Positions 9,997 to 20,248 are shown, numbered from the stretch's first letter. The stretch is 64,000 bases of DNA from Candidatus Hydrogenedentota bacterium (GCA_963745075.1 CAVUWV010000030.1:1-64000), one strand, 5' to 3'. Program-made: numbers and translations. The notes: generated from the sequence alone by a model not told the origin.

Positions 9997-10053
9997 ATCC
10001 GATTCTCCTTTGTCTGAGGCCCACTCCCCAAATGATAGCACGAATTCATCCGT

Positions 10054-11973
10054 TCAGCGGGAGTGTTTCTCCAGGTTGGCGTCAAATTCCTGAACGTAGA
10101 GGCGCTCCAGGATTTGAACGGTCAGGATGAAGACGAGAAGGGTATTTACGGTCTGCTTGGTGCGGCCGTTGAAGGAGACGAGTCGAGCGAGGAGCCGCAA
10201 TAGCGCTATCGCGCGATGATTGAACAGCCCGCTCTGTTTGATGGCCGCCTTGGAGAGATAGGTGTCGATCAGCCGGTCAAGCTCCGGAGACTGGCCCTTT
10301 CGGATTCGAAGGGGCGGGGCGGCGTAGGCCCATTTCTTCCGCTGATAGATTTCCTCGGTTAACTCGTCTTTGAAGGCTTCACGAAGGACCTGTTTCTCGA
10401 TTCCCGTCATGGATTTTGTGGTTGTCGGGGATGGTCCGGGCTTTCTCAAAAAGCACGTGATCCAAGAACGGCGTACGACCTTCGATGGAGTGCGCCATTT
10501 CCGCCCGGTCGCCCAGGGTGGACAGGATGTAGTGGGCCAGGACGGATTTGATGCAATAGTGCTGGATCTTGGCGGACCAAGGGAAGTCCGTCGGTTTGTT
10601 TCCGGTCGACCAGCCGGGTGAGTAGTGTCAAGGGATGGCTGACCCTGAGACGCGGCCGCTGTTTCGGGGCGAAGATCCGGCTGAGCACGCGCTGCTGAAA
10701 TGGGGTGAACGTGGCCGCGTACTCCCAGACCGGCAGGAAGCCCAGGGTCTCGACGATCTTGCGAACGGTTCGTCCCTTGGGCGGTTTGCGCACGATCGGT
10801 CGATTGGCCATTTGCCCGGTTATGGAACTCTTGCCGGGTTGGAAGTAGATGTAGCCGAGAAACACTTCGTCGGCCCCCTCCCCCGTCAGCACGACTTTCA
10901 CGTGTTCGGCCGCCAGACGGGACAGCATGAACTTGCCGACGCCGTGGAAGTTGGGGAACGGCAACTCGGAAACCCACAGGCACTCCTCCGTGTTGCGCAA
11001 GAAGTGATTCGCGGTCGCAGGAAACGGAATGAAACTCCGCGCCGATCTTTTCGGCCATGGCGCGGGACAACTGAAACTCGTCGTAGGTCGCGTCGTCCGG
11101 AAAGGCGATGTTGAAGACTTTGAGTTGGTTCGTGTGATGCTTCGCCACCAGCGCGGCCACGGTCGCGGAGTCGATGCCGCCGCTGAGATAGACGCCCACG
11201 GGGACATCCGCGCGGAGACGGAGGCGGACCGCTTCTTCGACGGCCTCCCCCACCGTTTCTACGCTGTCGCTGAAATCGGCCGACTCGGGAATGTCAGTGG
11301 CAGGCGGCAGATCCAGATCCCAGTAGCGGAGAACTTCGTGCGTGCCGTCCGTGACGTGCACCTTCAGCAGGCATCCGGGCGGCACGGCGTGGATACCCTC
11401 GAATACGGATTCGGGGATGACGCCGCTCAGGTAATCGCGGATGGCGATGACATCGATTCGGGGTCGGTGTTGTCCTGTCGCGAAAATGGCCTTGGCTTCC
11501 GACGCGAACAGGAAGCTGCCATTTTGCTCGTTGTAAAACAGGGGCTTGATGCCGAATCGGTCGCGCACGGCGAGTAGTATGCCGTTGGCCTTGTCGTAGA
11601 GCAGGAACGCGAACTCGCCGCGCAAGTGGTCTACGAAATCCAGGCCGTGCTCCTCGTAAAGATGGAGAATAACTTCCGAGTCGCTGCCCGTGGCGAACAC
11701 GTGACCCTTGTTTTGCAGCTCGCCTCGGAGCCGTTCGAACTCGTAGATTTCGCCATTGCAGACCAGGACCAGGTCGCGGTTTTCCGAGTACAGCGGCTGG
11801 GCCCCGGTTTCGAGGTCGATAATGGACAGCCGCGCGTGGCCGAGCCCGATGCGATTCTCGCTGTCAAGGTAGATGCCGGTTCCGTCGGGTCCCCGATGGC
11901 GCAAGGTGTTTACCGCGCGCTGGATTGTACGCTCGTCAAGGCGATGTCCGGCGAATCCTACGATTCCGCACAC
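10054..11973 (-). CDS. asnB: Asparagine synthase (glutamine-hydrolysing)-family amidotransferase with three +1 frameshifts
   Basis: MCGIVG Ntn Cys; HRGPD, RLSIID, NGEIY, RDRFGIKPL and LSGGIDS motifs; VLTGEGADE and GDRAEMAHSIEGRTPFLDH lie in the other two frames. Confidence 0.9.
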   Translation of the reverse strand: MCGIVGFAGHRLDERTIQRAVNTLRHRGPDGTGIYLDSENRIGLGHARLSIIDLETGAQPLYSENRDLVLVCNGEIYEFERLRGELQNKGHVFATGSDSEVILHLYEEHGLDFVDHLRGEFAFLLYDKANGILLAVRDRFGIKPLFYNEQNGSFLFASEAKAIFATGQHRPRIDVIAIRDYLSGVIPESVFEGIHAVPPGCLLKVHVTDGTHEVLRYWDLDLPPATDIPESADFSDSVETVGEAVEEAVRLRLRADVPVGVYLSGGIDSATVAALVAKHHTNQLKVFNIAFPDDATYDEFQLSRAMAEKIGAEFHSVSCDRESLLAQHGGVPVGFRVAVPQLPRRRQVHAVPSGGRTRESRADGGGGRRSVSRLHLLPTRQEFHNRANGQSTDRAQTAQGTNRSQDRRDPGLPAGLGVRGHVHPISAARAQPDLRPETAAASQGQPSLDTTHPAGRPETNRRTSLGPPRSSTIASNPSWPTTSCPPWATGRKWRTPSKVVRRSWITCFLRKPGPSPTTTKSMTGIEKQVLREAFKDELTEEIYQRKKWAYAAPPLRIRKGQSPELDRLIDTYLSKAAIKQSGLFNHRAIALLRLLARLVSFNGRTKQTVNTLLVFILTVQILERLYVQEFDANLEKHSR

Positions 11974-12410
11974 GTTTGAGTATCCTTCGAGTTACACTGC
12001 ATGCCCGATGCCGGGAATGGAGCGACGACAAGGGACTGAGCATCGGACCGCCATGAGCCCGCGTTGGATGAGCAAAGTACTCCGAGTGCACCGTCTTGCG
12101 CAATCCAACCCTTTCGTACAGGGTTTCTGTGAGAGATTGTAAGTCTGCTTTGCTATTCAAGAGGAACCATGTTGGACCGCCAAGAAACGAAGCGAATCGG
12201 GCGACCGATTGTATGTGCGATCGCGACCGTGGTTGCCTACGGCTACGTGGCATGCGCTCAGGTGCCGGAGGGTTAGGAGGGCGACCCGACGACATGCGCG
12301 AAAGCACTTCTACTTTACCTTGACGCAATCCCGGCACTGGTTTCTCTTTGTAGGGCACTGATAGTATATACTGAATATGTCTTACATGCGTCAGGCTGAA
12401 GGGAGGAATC

Positions 12411-13889
12411 ATGGGGGTCAAAGGCGTTGCGCAGTCGACTTCGTGCGCGATTGCAGTCATTCTGGCTTGTGTGCTGTCGGTCGAATGCGACGGTCAGGAG
12501 AGGATCGGGGATGACACTCGGACGGAATTCCAGGCGGCGGAGCGGGATTTGCAGAGGTTAATCGATGGCGAAGGTGCGCCGCCTGCTTACCTCGAGTACG
12601 TAAAACTGAAGGAAGCATTGAACAAGCGGGAGGAAACGTATCGACAGGATATTCGACCGACGCAGCAGCGGATTCACGAACTCTCCGAGGATTCGGAATT
12701 CGACGCGTGGCGCGAGAAGATAAGAAAGGCGTCGATACATCTGGGGGGTCTTCGTCGTAAGGTTGAGAACGACCTTCAACAGCGGGGGCAAGAATTGCAG
12801 GAGCGTCGCCGGGAAGAGTTGGCGACGATTGCCGTGAAGGAAGCGCCGGAAGCCCGGGCGCTTGGATTCACGATAGTGAATTACCCCATAGTAGACGGTT
12901 CCACATCTACGCGTCCGCTCGGACTGCTAGTCGCCTGCAAGGTGTTGGGATCCCGTTACGAGTGGGTAGCCGCCGAACGCTATTCGGGAAGGTGGGATAT
13001 CGCTGGTCGACCGCCCGGTGCGTTTGAATACGCGGATTTTCTGCGGACGCTTGGCGTCCCCATCGAGTGGGTACACGATGCCGTCTATCCCAACCTTACG
13101 CTCGTGAGCTTTCGGCCTATCGCGGTACCGGCGGACCCGCCGGATCGGGAGGACGCGCGACGGAGCGTGGTCATCAACCATATGTTGAATGTTCACGCGG
13201 GCACGCACGGCGCGTACGAGAACGTGATCAACGGAAAGTCGGACATTAGTCTCGTGGCGCGTGAGCCGTCTGCTGATGAGTTTGCGCTCGCAAGGCAGGT
13301 GGGAGTTGAACTCGACGTGACGCCCATCGCGCTCGACGCCTTCGTCTTCATCAAGAATTATGAGAACCCGGTGGCGGGCCTGAGCACGGAACAGATCAAG
13401 GGAATCTACAGTGGCAAATTGACGAAGTGGTCGGACGCAGGCGGCCCCGATGAGGCTATCACCGCGTATCGGCGCAATAAGAATTCGGGCAGCCAGGAAC
13501 TGATGGACACGCTGGTGATGAACGATACCTCATACGCACAACTGAATGATTGGAGAACGAAGGATATCGTTCATAGCGGGATGGGCGGTCCGTACATTGC
13601 GTTGACCAACGACAAATGGGGGCTCGGATATTCCGTCTATTACTACGAGCATTTCATGGCCGCCAGCCCTAACACGAAATTGATGGCCGTGGATGGCGTG
13701 CTGCCGTCCTTTAACACGATTCAGTCCGGCGAGTATCCGTACATCACCGACGTTTATGCGGTTGTGCGCAAGATGGACCCGGGAGGTTCGGGTGCCGTCG
13801 AGATACGAGATTGGTTATTGTCGCACGAAGGGCAAGCGGTTATTCGGGAGAGCGGCTATGTGCCGGTGAAGCGTATGCCTGCCGGATGA
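12411..13889 (+). CDS. PstS-family (PBP_like_2) substrate-binding protein with an N-terminal helical extension
   Basis: YPIVDGSTST, GTHGAY, PIALDAFVF, RNKNSGSQELM and GLGYSVYYY motifs. Confidence 0.8.
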   Translation: MGVKGVAQSTSCAIAVILACVLSVECDGQERIGDDTRTEFQAAERDLQRLIDGEGAPPAYLEYVKLKEALNKREETYRQDIRPTQQRIHELSEDSEFDAWREKIRKASIHLGGLRRKVENDLQQRGQELQERRREELATIAVKEAPEARALGFTIVNYPIVDGSTSTRPLGLLVACKVLGSRYEWVAAERYSGRWDIAGRPPGAFEYADFLRTLGVPIEWVHDAVYPNLTLVSFRPIAVPADPPDREDARRSVVINHMLNVHAGTHGAYENVINGKSDISLVAREPSADEFALARQVGVELDVTPIALDAFVFIKNYENPVAGLSTEQIKGIYSGKLTKWSDAGGPDEAITAYRRNKNSGSQELMDTLVMNDTSYAQLNDWRTKDIVHSGMGGPYIALTNDKWGLGYSVYYYEHFMAASPNTKLMAVDGVLPSFNTIQSGEYPYITDVYAVVRKMDPGGSGAVEIRDWLLSHEGQAVIRESGYVPVKRMPAG

Positions 13890-13920
13890 CATGCGCCCGA
13901 TCGTGGTGTTCATGCTTGGT

Positions 13921-14133
13921 TTAGACGACGATCTCCATCACCTTATCCTTTGGCGCGATCTCGACATCCTGGACGTCGACCGCTAAACACCCTTCGACCG
14001 CCTCGTAGATATTCTTGAGAAGTTCGTCAAATGTCTCGCCCTGGGTCGCACACCCAGGAATTGCCGGAACTTCAGCCCAGTAGCCACCTTCTTCCGCATC
14101 GTGGATTACGACTTTGAGTTTCATGAATTTCAC
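13921..14133 (-). CDS. hicB: Short HicB-family antitoxin
   Basis: [38 protein letters not shown]. Confidence 0.85.
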   Translation of the reverse strand: MKFMKLKVVIHDAEEGGYWAEVPAIPGCATQGETFDELLKNIYEAVEGCLAVDVQDVEIAPKDKVMEIVV

Positions 14134-14442
14134 CTCGCCAGTTTAAGGAAGCGATTGTGGCTTACGCGCTCGATGGCATTGGGAATGACGTGACTCTCAA
14201 CGCCTGACTTTGTTCCAGTGGACCATGGAGATTATCATGCGGACCGAAATCCTGCGTCAACTTTTGTGCCGTTTCTGGATTGTGACGGAGTGGACTTAGG
14301 AAGGTAAGCGCCGTTTTTTGGCATGTCGCGGGTGGTGTATGGTACCTGAGGGTTTCGGCTCAGGCGGCCACGCTGGTGCGTGGCGGTCCCAGTGGGTGTG
14401 CCGCGGTGTCGACGTGTTTCCCAATTCCGGGAGGTATGGTGA

Positions 14443-16008
14443 ATGAGTACGGGACAAGTGAATCGGAGGGGGTTCCTGAAACGGGCGGGACTGGCGGGTA
14501 CGGCCGTGTTGGGGCTGGGGGCTGCGGCACAGAGGCGTTCCGGCGGGTCGTCGAAGCGGCCGAATATCCTGTTTATCCAAACCGACAGTTGGGACGGCCG
14601 GGTGTTGGGGTGCGTGGGGCATCCTGCGATGCATAATGCTACACCTACGCTGGATGCGTTGGCGAGTCGCGGGATCCTGTTTCAGAATATGTACACCAAC
14701 AATCCGATCTGTTGTCCGTCGCGGGCGAGCATGTGGAGTGGACAATACACGCACCATTGCGAAGGGTGGAACAACTACAAGGGATTGTCGCCGAGCGATC
14801 CGACGTTTCGCACGCAACTCGACGCGGCGGGGTATCGCACGCAGACTTTCGGAAAGGAGGACTACCTCTCCGGGGCGCATACAATACGCGCGCGGGTCTC
14901 GGCGTGGACGCGGTCGGCGAACATTACGCGGCCCCAATACCGCATGGACGGTCCCGAGTTGATCCTGGGCGACGAGGCGCGGGTTCATAACAAGGACTGG
15001 GAACGCGTGGACCAGGCGAAGGCCTGGTTAGAGGACGCTGCCAAGTCACCGGATACGCCGTTCATGCTTTATGTCGGCATCAGTGGTCCCCATCCCGCAT
15101 TTCGGATATCCGAAAAGTATTACGCAATGATCGACGACGCCGGTGTGACGATTCCACCTGCGGACAAAGATGACCATCCCGTGATGGCCTATCAACGGGC
15201 CGTGAAGAACTGGATGCACGGGTTCTCGGACGACACGGTCCGGAAAGTGCGGCGAATCTATTACGCCATGTGCGCGGAAGTGGATGCGATGGTAGGCGAA
15301 ATCCTCGCGGCTCTGGACCGCAATGGGCTCACGGACAACACGTACGTAATCTTCACGAGCGACCACGGTGAAAACGCGATGGAACACCGGCAGTTCTACA
15401 AGAGTAACTTCTACGAGTCTTCGGGGCGGATTCCCCTGATTATCGCCGGGCCGGAAGTGCGGCGTGGTGCGGTGGTGTCAGCGCCCGTATCGCTCATCGA
15501 TATCTACCCCACGTTGATGAGCATGGCCGGGGTCGCGGAGCCGGAGGGGCTGGACGGACATTCGTGGATGCCGGAACTCGCCGGTGATACGCCCGATCGG
15601 CCGGACTGGGCGTTTGGCGAGTATCACGATACGACGTGTAACACGGGAGCGTTTATGCTCCGGCGTGACGATTGGAAGTACATCGCATACGTTGGGCAGC
15701 CGCCGCAGCTTTTTAATGTGAAGGACGATCCCGACGAGGTGTCGAATCGTGCCGAGACGGATTCCGCGGTGGTGGCGGACATGGACGCGCGCTTACGGCG
15801 TGTCGTCGATTATGAGGCGGTCGATGCGAAGGCGAAGGCCTATGACCGTCATGCGTTTTCGGAATGGCGCGACGCAGAGCAGAAGGCCGGGACCTACAGA
15901 GAGACCATGGCGCGCGTCTTCAGCGGGTGGGATCGCCTTAAACCCGAAGACATCATGCCTTGGACGGATGATGACGAAGCGCGGGTTGTGGACTGGTTGG
16001 ATGCGTAG
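14443..16008 (+). CDS. Tat-exported Cys-type (formylglycine) sulfatase
   Basis: RRGFLK Tat motif; RPNILFIQTD; CCPSRASMWSG (CxPxR); FTSDHG. Confidence 0.92.
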   Translation: MSTGQVNRRGFLKRAGLAGTAVLGLGAAAQRRSGGSSKRPNILFIQTDSWDGRVLGCVGHPAMHNATPTLDALASRGILFQNMYTNNPICCPSRASMWSGQYTHHCEGWNNYKGLSPSDPTFRTQLDAAGYRTQTFGKEDYLSGAHTIRARVSAWTRSANITRPQYRMDGPELILGDEARVHNKDWERVDQAKAWLEDAAKSPDTPFMLYVGISGPHPAFRISEKYYAMIDDAGVTIPPADKDDHPVMAYQRAVKNWMHGFSDDTVRKVRRIYYAMCAEVDAMVGEILAALDRNGLTDNTYVIFTSDHGENAMEHRQFYKSNFYESSGRIPLIIAGPEVRRGAVVSAPVSLIDIYPTLMSMAGVAEPEGLDGHSWMPELAGDTPDRPDWAFGEYHDTTCNTGAFMLRRDDWKYIAYVGQPPQLFNVKDDPDEVSNRAETDSAVVADMDARLRRVVDYEAVDAKAKAYDRHAFSEWRDAEQKAGTYRETMARVFSGWDRLKPEDIMPWTDDDEARVVDWLDA

Positions 16009-16019
16009 GTTGGGACGCG

Positions 16020-16127
16020 GATTCCTGCGCCCCCTTCGGGGGCTGTGGGTCAGGGGACATGGTCCCAGGGTTCTGCTCGTACCTCGCTGCACCCTGGGCA
16101 AGATTCCTTTGGCCCCGTTCCGGGGCT
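16020..16127. repeat. REP-like composite palindrome
   Basis: Two direct gattcct..gcccc-ttc-ggggct hairpins around a cccagggt...accctggg stem, between convergent genes. Confidence 0.6.
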
Positions 16128-16239
16128 GGTGTAGACGCGGTTTCGGGCCAAGTTAGTTGTCCGGGATGGAGTAATACGCGGGCGCGCGCGAAGAAACGGC
16201 GCAGTTGGAAGGCGCGTCTACCTCGCTGGTGGTCGAGGT

Positions 16240-17542
16240 CTACAACAAGCTGCGCTGGACCATGGTTTCGTAGACGCGGGTGAGGGCGACGTCGGTGCTG
16301 GCCTGGAGCATGGTGCGGCCTTTTTTCATGTGCGGCTGCATGGTGTCGAGCATGAGGTCGAAGCGACTGCGGATTTCGGCGAGGGTCAATTCGCGGGTGT
16401 ATTTGGCGCCGCCGAGGGCCTGCCGGTATTCGACGTTGGACGCGATGACGCCGCCGGTGTTGGCGTAGGTGTCGGGGATGACCTCGATCTTGCGTTGCTC
16501 GAGCGCTTTCATGCCGTCGTAGGTGACGGGCATGTTGGCGGCTTCGACGATGACGTTTGCGCCGAGGGTCTTGGCGTTGCGGCCGTCAATGACGTGTCCC
16601 CGGGCGGCGGGGATAAAGTAATCGCACTTCATTCGGAAGAGTTCTTCGTTGGTCAGGTTCTTGCCCTTGAACCCTTTGATACACCCTTCGCGTTCGCAAT
16701 GGTCGATAAGTGCGTGCACGTTGATCCCCGCGGGATTCTGGATGCCGCCGGTCATGTCGGTGACGCCGGTGATTCGGGCGCCGTCGTCGTGGAGCCATCG
16801 TGCGGCATGCGAGCCGACCTTGCCGAATCCCTGCAACGTAATTGTGCAGTCCTCGGGGGCAACGCCGCGCTTTTCCATATGCAGTCGTATGGCGTAATAC
16901 ACGCCGTAGCCGGTTGCTTCGGTGCGACCGGGCAGCCAGCCTTCGATGCCGTCGGGTTTTCCAGTGACCGACGCCGGGTCCTGCGTTTCGTTGTAGATGC
17001 AGACCATCTCGGGACCGCTGGTGCCCATGTCGGGCGCGGGAATGTATTCGTGGCGGGAAAAAAGGCGCGCGAAGTGGTGGGTGAACGCATCCATGATGTC
17101 GATTTTGGCGACGCGTTCGAATTCGCGGAAGGCGCCGTTGAACCGTTTGCTCTTGGTCATGAAGGTGTAGAGGGCGCGCAGATCGACGCTGATCCCAGAT
17201 TTGCCGCCGCCGAGTTCGAACGTCGGCCAAGGCGGTCTTCAAGGTCATGAGGCGGGCGAGTTCGGTGGTTTCCCAGAGGTCTACGTCGGGCGCGAGCCGG
17301 ATCCCGCCCTTGTACGGACCGCGGGCGCGATTGTGGAGCACGATCCCGGAGATGATGTTGACGACATCCCCCAGGATCGGTACGGGTAGCCGTTGGATAT
17401 GGATGGCATAGGGTTTGACAATTTCCAGTACGGCCTCGGGGTCGATTTTGAGGCGTTTCGCGCTCTCGTGAAGCAACATGGCGGAACGCGTTTGCGGTTC
17501 TTTGCTGCGGACGTAATCTTCGAGGCGGTTTCCAATGTTCAT
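16240..17542 (-). CDS. Glu/Leu/Phe/Val dehydrogenase; +1 frameshift near 17219
   Basis: GPYKGGIR, MTLKTA, (shifted) ELGGGKSG, PAPDMGT, TGKP, ATGYG, QGFGKVG and EAANMP motifs. Confidence 0.9.
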
Positions 17543-17631
17543 GTGCGGCGCTCCATGTGCATTCGAGCATGGGATACAAGGATTCAGCGCGGCGTCGTTC
17601 GGCCGTGGAACGGATGGCTGCGGGGATGTCG

Positions 17632-18456
17632 TTAAGGCGATGTACCGCCGACGGGATTCGCTACCGGGGTATTCGCTCCCCCATCCTCCGCTGCCGGAGG
17701 GACTGGCGTAGGCGTTGCCTCGCCGGTTGCCGGCGGCGTGTCGGGCGATGTCCCGGCTGCATCGCCGCTGGCGCTCGACGCGGTTGATGCGGCGTCTTTG
17801 GTTGTGATGACGATTTCATCGTCCTTGAACACCATGACAAGATCGGGAAAGTCAACCAGTAGTTTCTTGCGGAGCAAGTCCCCCAAAGTGATGCCCGGCT
17901 CGGATGCGACCGTCCACGCGCGGGAGGCGGGCGGCATCGACTCGGTAACGGACGGGTCAATCGTAAGTTTGCCGTCGAACCGGGCCTTCATGTCGTTCAA
18001 CACCTGCACCAAATCCGCGTCCTCGTATTGGAAGGGTGGATTGGAGATATCGGTATTCAACGCAGCTTCGAGTACATCCGAGAGCCGCTGGCCGCGGATC
18101 ATCGTGGGTTTGGTGCGATGGAGGGCCGGATCGTAATCGTCGTATTCCACGGAAACGACCTGGCGGCGCGGGATGTTTAACGTGATGCCCTCGATGACTT
18201 GGAGCACATAGTTCGCGGATGTTTCGCGGAGGATCTGCAACCCCTGGATCACCTGACCCGACTTGAGGGTGAGCACATCGCCACGGGGCTTATCGGGCTC
18301 GGGCGCGACGCTCGTAACTTGACCGGGGGTTTCGGCGGCAGCGGGGGGCTCCGCTTGCGCGTCTTCGGATGCGGTCGCCGGAGGCGGCGCATTCTGCGCG
18401 AGCGCGAAGGCTGAGAACATGGCGAGAACGGCTGGGACGACAAGACTGAATTTCAT
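17632..18456 (-). CDS. Secreted hypothetical protein with a possible STN/secretin-N-like domain and Pro/Ala-rich linkers
   Basis: Signal peptide MKFSLVVPAVLAMFSAFALAQ; LVQVLNDM...LTIDPSV...ITLGDLL...DDEIVITT. Confidence 0.6.
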   Translation of the reverse strand: MKFSLVVPAVLAMFSAFALAQNAPPPATASEDAQAEPPAAAETPGQVTSVAPEPDKPRGDVLTLKSGQVIQGLQILRETSANYVLQVIEGITLNIPRRQVVSVEYDDYDPALHRTKPTMIRGQRLSDVLEAALNTDISNPPFQYEDADLVQVLNDMKARFDGKLTIDPSVTESMPPASRAWTVASEPGITLGDLLRKKLLVDFPDLVMVFKDDEIVITTKDAASTASSASGDAAGTSPDTPPATGEATPTPVPPAAEDGGANTPVANPVGGTSP

Positions 18457-18672
18457 AGCGCAATCTCCATCGGTCAAACGGCCCTCGTCAGCGTTTATGG
18501 GCGCGAGACCATTGGCTCGACGTAGGCCCGGTAAATGCGCGCGGCAAGGGCTTCCTGCCGATCTTGGATTCTGATTCTAGGAGCCATCCCGCGGCAAGTC
18601 AAGATTATGGTAGAACGTGACTTGGTCGAGCCGGATGGTATAATGGCGACGGTAATTGTGGAGGGCGAACCG

Positions 18673-19059
18673 GTGGCACGAATCCTGGTAGCGGACGACG
18701 ACACAGCATCCCTGGACGTAATGGCGTTGGCGCTGAGTGCGGAGGGGCACGAGGTGAGTTGCGCAACGAACGGGCAGGAAGCCTATGAAATGGCGATCAA
18801 CGAAAAGCCCGACCTCGTGTTTCTGGACATCATGATGCCGATTTACAGCGGGTATGAGACCTGCGAATTGTTGCGGAACGATCCAGAGGTTCCGACGGAA
18901 TTGCCCATTGTGTTCCTCACATCCATGGACGCGGATACACGGATGCTGGAGAAGGTCGGTGCCTCGGATCATCTGCCCAAGCGACACATGGTGGTCGAAC
19001 TGCGCGAACTACTGGCCAAACACCTGGGACCCGAGGCGAATCCGGCGGCCGGGACATAA
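18673..19059 (+). CDS. Single-domain response regulator (receiver)
   Basis: RILVADDD, LVFLDIMMP, IVFLTS and HLPK motifs; GTG start after GGAGG. Confidence 0.88.
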   Translation: MARILVADDDTASLDVMALALSAEGHEVSCATNGQEAYEMAINEKPDLVFLDIMMPIYSGYETCELLRNDPEVPTELPIVFLTSMDADTRMLEKVGASDHLPKRHMVVELRELLAKHLGPEANPAAGT

Positions 19060-19095
19060 TGGGGCGCGGAGTCGGAGCAGCGGCAGCGGCGTGGT

Positions 19096-19689
19096 CTACG
19101 ACGGAAGGTCCGGCGTCTTTTTGCTTCGCAGCGCGTCTTGCACGAGGCGTATCTGGGCGGAATTGGGACGAGGGAACATCCATTCCGCGACCAACTTGGC
19201 AACCGCATCAAGGTCCACATCTTCTTTTCGCGGCGGATTCGCCGGCTGCATTTCTGCGGCTCCCCGGCGGGAAGACGCCGCCGATGGTTGCTCCGCAACC
19301 GCTTCCCGGGCGGGGCCATGTCCGTTTCGCAGCTTGGCCACTTCCGATTCAAGGGTGCGGAGCCCACGCTGGAGGCCATGGACGGCGTCGCGTAATTGCT
19401 CAACGAGTCTCACCGCTTCGGCAGCGCGCGCACTCGAACCGTCTGGTCGCACGGTTGAAGGTTTTCCTCGAGCGCGCAGGAGCTGACGGCGCAGTTGCAG
19501 GCATTCCTCTCTCAATCGCTCATTTTCGAGATAGAGGTGTTCGTAGGATTGCAGGACGGCCCCCATTCCGGACGCCGTAGACGGCACCAGGACTTCCTTC
19601 ACCGCGACGTTGCCTGAGGCCGTACGCGACGGATCTTGCGGTTCGGCGGTGAGGATTCGCCGCCACTCCAGAGACCTTGGACGCATCAC
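19096..19689 (-). CDS. Hypothetical coiled-coil protein
   Basis: AAGGAGG SD; heptad segments LENERLREECLQLRRQL and LQRGLRTLESEVAKL. Confidence 0.6.
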   Translation of the reverse strand: MMRPRSLEWRRILTAEPQDPSRTASGNVAVKEVLVPSTASGMGAVLQSYEHLYLENERLREECLQLRRQLLRARGKPSTVRPDGSSARAAEAVRLVEQLRDAVHGLQRGLRTLESEVAKLRNGHGPAREAVAEQPSAASSRRGAAEMQPANPPRKEDVDLDAVAKLVAEWMFPRPNSAQIRLVQDALRSKKTPDLPS

Positions 19690-20231
19690 TAGACCTCCTT
19701 ATCGAGATGCGGAGATTGGGTAATTCGAGACAAGACGCCGCCCCTCGGCCGCAAAATTACGTCAACTCTTACTGCACCCCCGCAAAACGTATACTCCTTC
19801 GGGACGAACGGGTCGGGGTCTTCTGCACCAAACGTATTATAACCTATTGCCGTGGCCGGTGGAAGAGTAAACCGTAGTTATTCTTGAATTAATATCGTGA
19901 TAGTGTTCACGATTGAACGAATATGTATCGCACACACTTGTTCAAAGTTGTGAAATTGGGCATCTGCATTACCACGATTATGTCCTTCAATTCCTGACCA
20001 GAATCTTACGAGAAATGATTGTGGGTGGCTGTCTTGTTCGCGGTATTTTTTTACGTTAATGAAAGAATCTATTTTCTGGATTTATTACATTGTATATAAG
20101 TAGTTTACAAAACTTTAACGTAGTCTAAATATTACTCTCAAAATCGCCCTAAAACCAACTGATAAACCCTTGCCAAGGGCTAACGGTGCGGCTCGAGAAA
20201 AGGGCCATGGATTGCGATACGATATCACTGG

Positions 20232-20248
20232 CTGGCACGAATAATGCG
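20232..20248 (+). promoter_or_regulatory. Putative sigma54 (-24/-12) promoter of the hybA-like operon
   Basis: CTGGCACGAATAATGC, GG-N10-GC spacing; AT-rich ~400 bp upstream. Confidence 0.6.

Noticed and set aside
9898..11973. Lasso peptide cluster (AsnB homolog plus short peptide)
   Set aside because: The peptide has no Asp/Glu acceptor, no transglutaminase-like B2 or RRE B1 gene is present, and the AsnB retains the MCGI glutaminase Cys.
16240..17542. Programmed ribosomal frameshifting or true pseudogenes for gdh, fucosidase and glyQS
   Set aside because: No shared slippery heptamer was seen, and the uniform +1 pattern across unrelated and essential genes fits sequencing error better.
19860..20200. 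AT-rich tract as a foreign island or replication origin
   Set aside because: It lies between divergent genes upstream of a sigma54-type promoter, and no DnaA-box cluster or mobility gene was seen. It is best read as a regulatory region.
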